Below, piece after piece: positions 62,404-64,000 of a stretch of 64,000 bases of DNA. Within the stretch, counting starts at the first letter, position 1. Every line of letters begins with the position of its first letter. The notes under the pieces are model-generated. The model saw only the letters and a program-made list of their open reading frames with translations, searched no databases and was not told where the DNA came from. The position numbers and the translations under genes are program-made. The DNA lies in the NCBI GenBank assembly GCA_973895155.1, contig OZ316897.1, positions 7,182,470 to 7,246,469 of the forward strand, read 5' to 3'. Origin of the DNA: Marsupella aquatica (Eukaryota > Plantae > Marchantiophyta).

Positions 62404-63201
62404 ACTACACTTTGAGAGAGTCCAAACGATCATATCAACCACAAACGAAAACACATACAGACAGAAGGTATAATTATTCACCGTACAATTGTACGAGTAC
62501 ATGCATTTTTGATATCTGCACAAATATGCACTCAGGAAAGAGACTTCGGGTGCGTCTATCTCCTTTAAAGGCTCAGATCCAAACATCCAGTTTAATAGCG
62601 TCGGGCGCTAGTACAAGGTTCCGAAGAAAACCTTAGAAATTCACACTCAACCTACTCCAAGTCAGAAGACTCGGACTCGCTACTGCCAGACCTATCGGTA
62701 GATTCGGCTTCATCATCTATAAATTCGCTTCTAGGTCCATCGTTGAGTAAAGGCTGATGGATGAATTTCCTATTTGAACCTCTCCTTAACCTTAAGCCCT
62801 TACTCTCCCAAGTAAGTGTTCTCCTCTGTTCTTCTTTGCGTGCAGCATATTCTGCATACGAGGGCAACACGAAAGGCTTCTGAGGAGAAACGAGAACCTT
62901 TTTCAAGTATTTCCTCCGAAGATTAAAACATTCTTGAAGATTCCACTCCGATCTGGAAGAGGAACGGAACCACATTAGAATTGAAAATGAAAATGGGACA
63001 GTTACAGAATTGATAATGTAAAGTGAAGTAGCTTACGGGCATTACTCAAAAGAATCCGAATCTTCTGTTTCTTCCGTCGTATGCCTCTCCTTCTCGTTTC
63101 CTTCATTTTCCTCTCCTTGTCCTCATGAAGCATCATCTCCAACATCATCTCCCTCCTCTTCATCTTCAGAGTCAAAATTTAAGACAGTGAACTTTATCTT
63201 T

Positions 63202-64000
63202 TTATTTTCTTCCCACATCTTTAGCGGGAGATGAGGAACTAACATCTTTTGGAATCAATAACTCCATCCATGTCTTTTCCGCAATCTCAACAAACTCTTT
63301 TCGGTTTTCTATACCAAGAATAAAATGACCACAATAGTCACCAGCAACAAATGTACTTCCCGAACCCACAGTCCAGTCCATGACAATGTCACCCGGCCGA
63401 GTGATTAACTCTAACACAGATTGCATGAACCCAACGGACAAGCGTCCATTGCCAGCAAATGCTGCTAAAGGAGTTGGATCCTTCCTCACACTCGGGAGAC
63501 CAATAAGGTTAGTGATAGAAGGATCTTCAGTTGCAGAGAGGGGTCAAAACTTGGGGTCCTTTGGAACCTTAACCTTTGACGAAACACGACTGAACAGATC
63601 CAATCTCAATGTGAAAACCTGTGAAATCCCAACAAAGTTCTTTGTTAAGATGCCGACGATCCAACCAGAAAATCATTACAATCACGGCATAACAATGAAT
63701 TTTGGATAGCGCCAGGCGCTAACAAAGAATATCCCCTTAACTGAAGGGTATATGAAAACATTTTTAGCTAGCGCTCGGCGCTAACAAAGGACAACACGAA
63801 GAGTGAGATAATTTACCTGACAATCACTTCGGGCCATGTACATTGGAACTCCCGTAACCACGTTCAGGGTTTTCACACACTGAAACTTTTGAGACTCCTG
63901 GCTCGTGGCGATGACCTGCGAGATCTGATCATACTCGCCGGTATGCAAAATGGCCAATATACCATCATCTGCTAGAAAGGGGTCCATTGTGCGAAAGAAT
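63202..64000 (-). pseudogene. N4-cytosine/N6-adenine DNA methyltransferase-like gene (beta-class C-terminal half); exons >64000-63817 and 63618-63202
   Basis: FLADDGILAIL (cf. vLkpgGsl.i), then VLELITRPGDIVMDWTVGSGSTFVAGDYCGHFILGIENRKEFVEIA (cf. LI...T..GD.VLDPF.GSGTT..A.....R..IG.E....Y...A). Phase-0 intron CAG|GTAAAT...TTTCACAG|GTT joins the frames; one in-frame TGA at 63544-63546. Confidence 0.75.

Larger units (their letters stand above)
60865..64000 (-). mobile_element. Unclassified element with TAGCGC-N3-GCGCTA palindromes and DNA methyltransferase-like cargo (continues past the window)
   Basis: Shared terminus with 1-1136; six palindromes; no transposase visible in the window. Confidence 0.6.

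Overview
Eukaryotic DNA from a land plant (spliceosomal introns, TTTAGGG repeats, plant-type TEs; species not determinable). The window is a deep transposon nest around one clear host gene, an intronless membrane-anchored SAM-dependent methyltransferase (47183-48604). Main contents: (1) Two inverted copies of a CACTA/EnSpm element (about 1150-9030 and 18422-30144). Each carries a SET-domain exon inside the first coding intron of the transposase gene, with splice phases allowing one shared exon to join either SET or transposase, plus a divergent TnpA/Ptta-like gene. (2) A 5'-truncated non-chromovirus Ty3/Gypsy element whose 4.7-kb LTR contains an ~1140-aa ORF; the LTR boundaries are confirmed by a solo copy with a 5-bp TSD (25220-29855). 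(3) A related 8.5-kb TSD-flanked solo-LTR-like unit carrying two divergent genes (35916-44393). (4) Decayed Ty1/Copia elements. (5) At both window ends, an unclassified repeat studded with TAGCGC-N3-GCGCTA palindromes; its right copy carries an intron-containing, bacterial-type N4C/N6A DNA methyltransferase-like gene. Three different TE types here appear to carry chromatin- or DNA-modification-related cargo. All protein family calls are from motif recognition by eye, not database searches.
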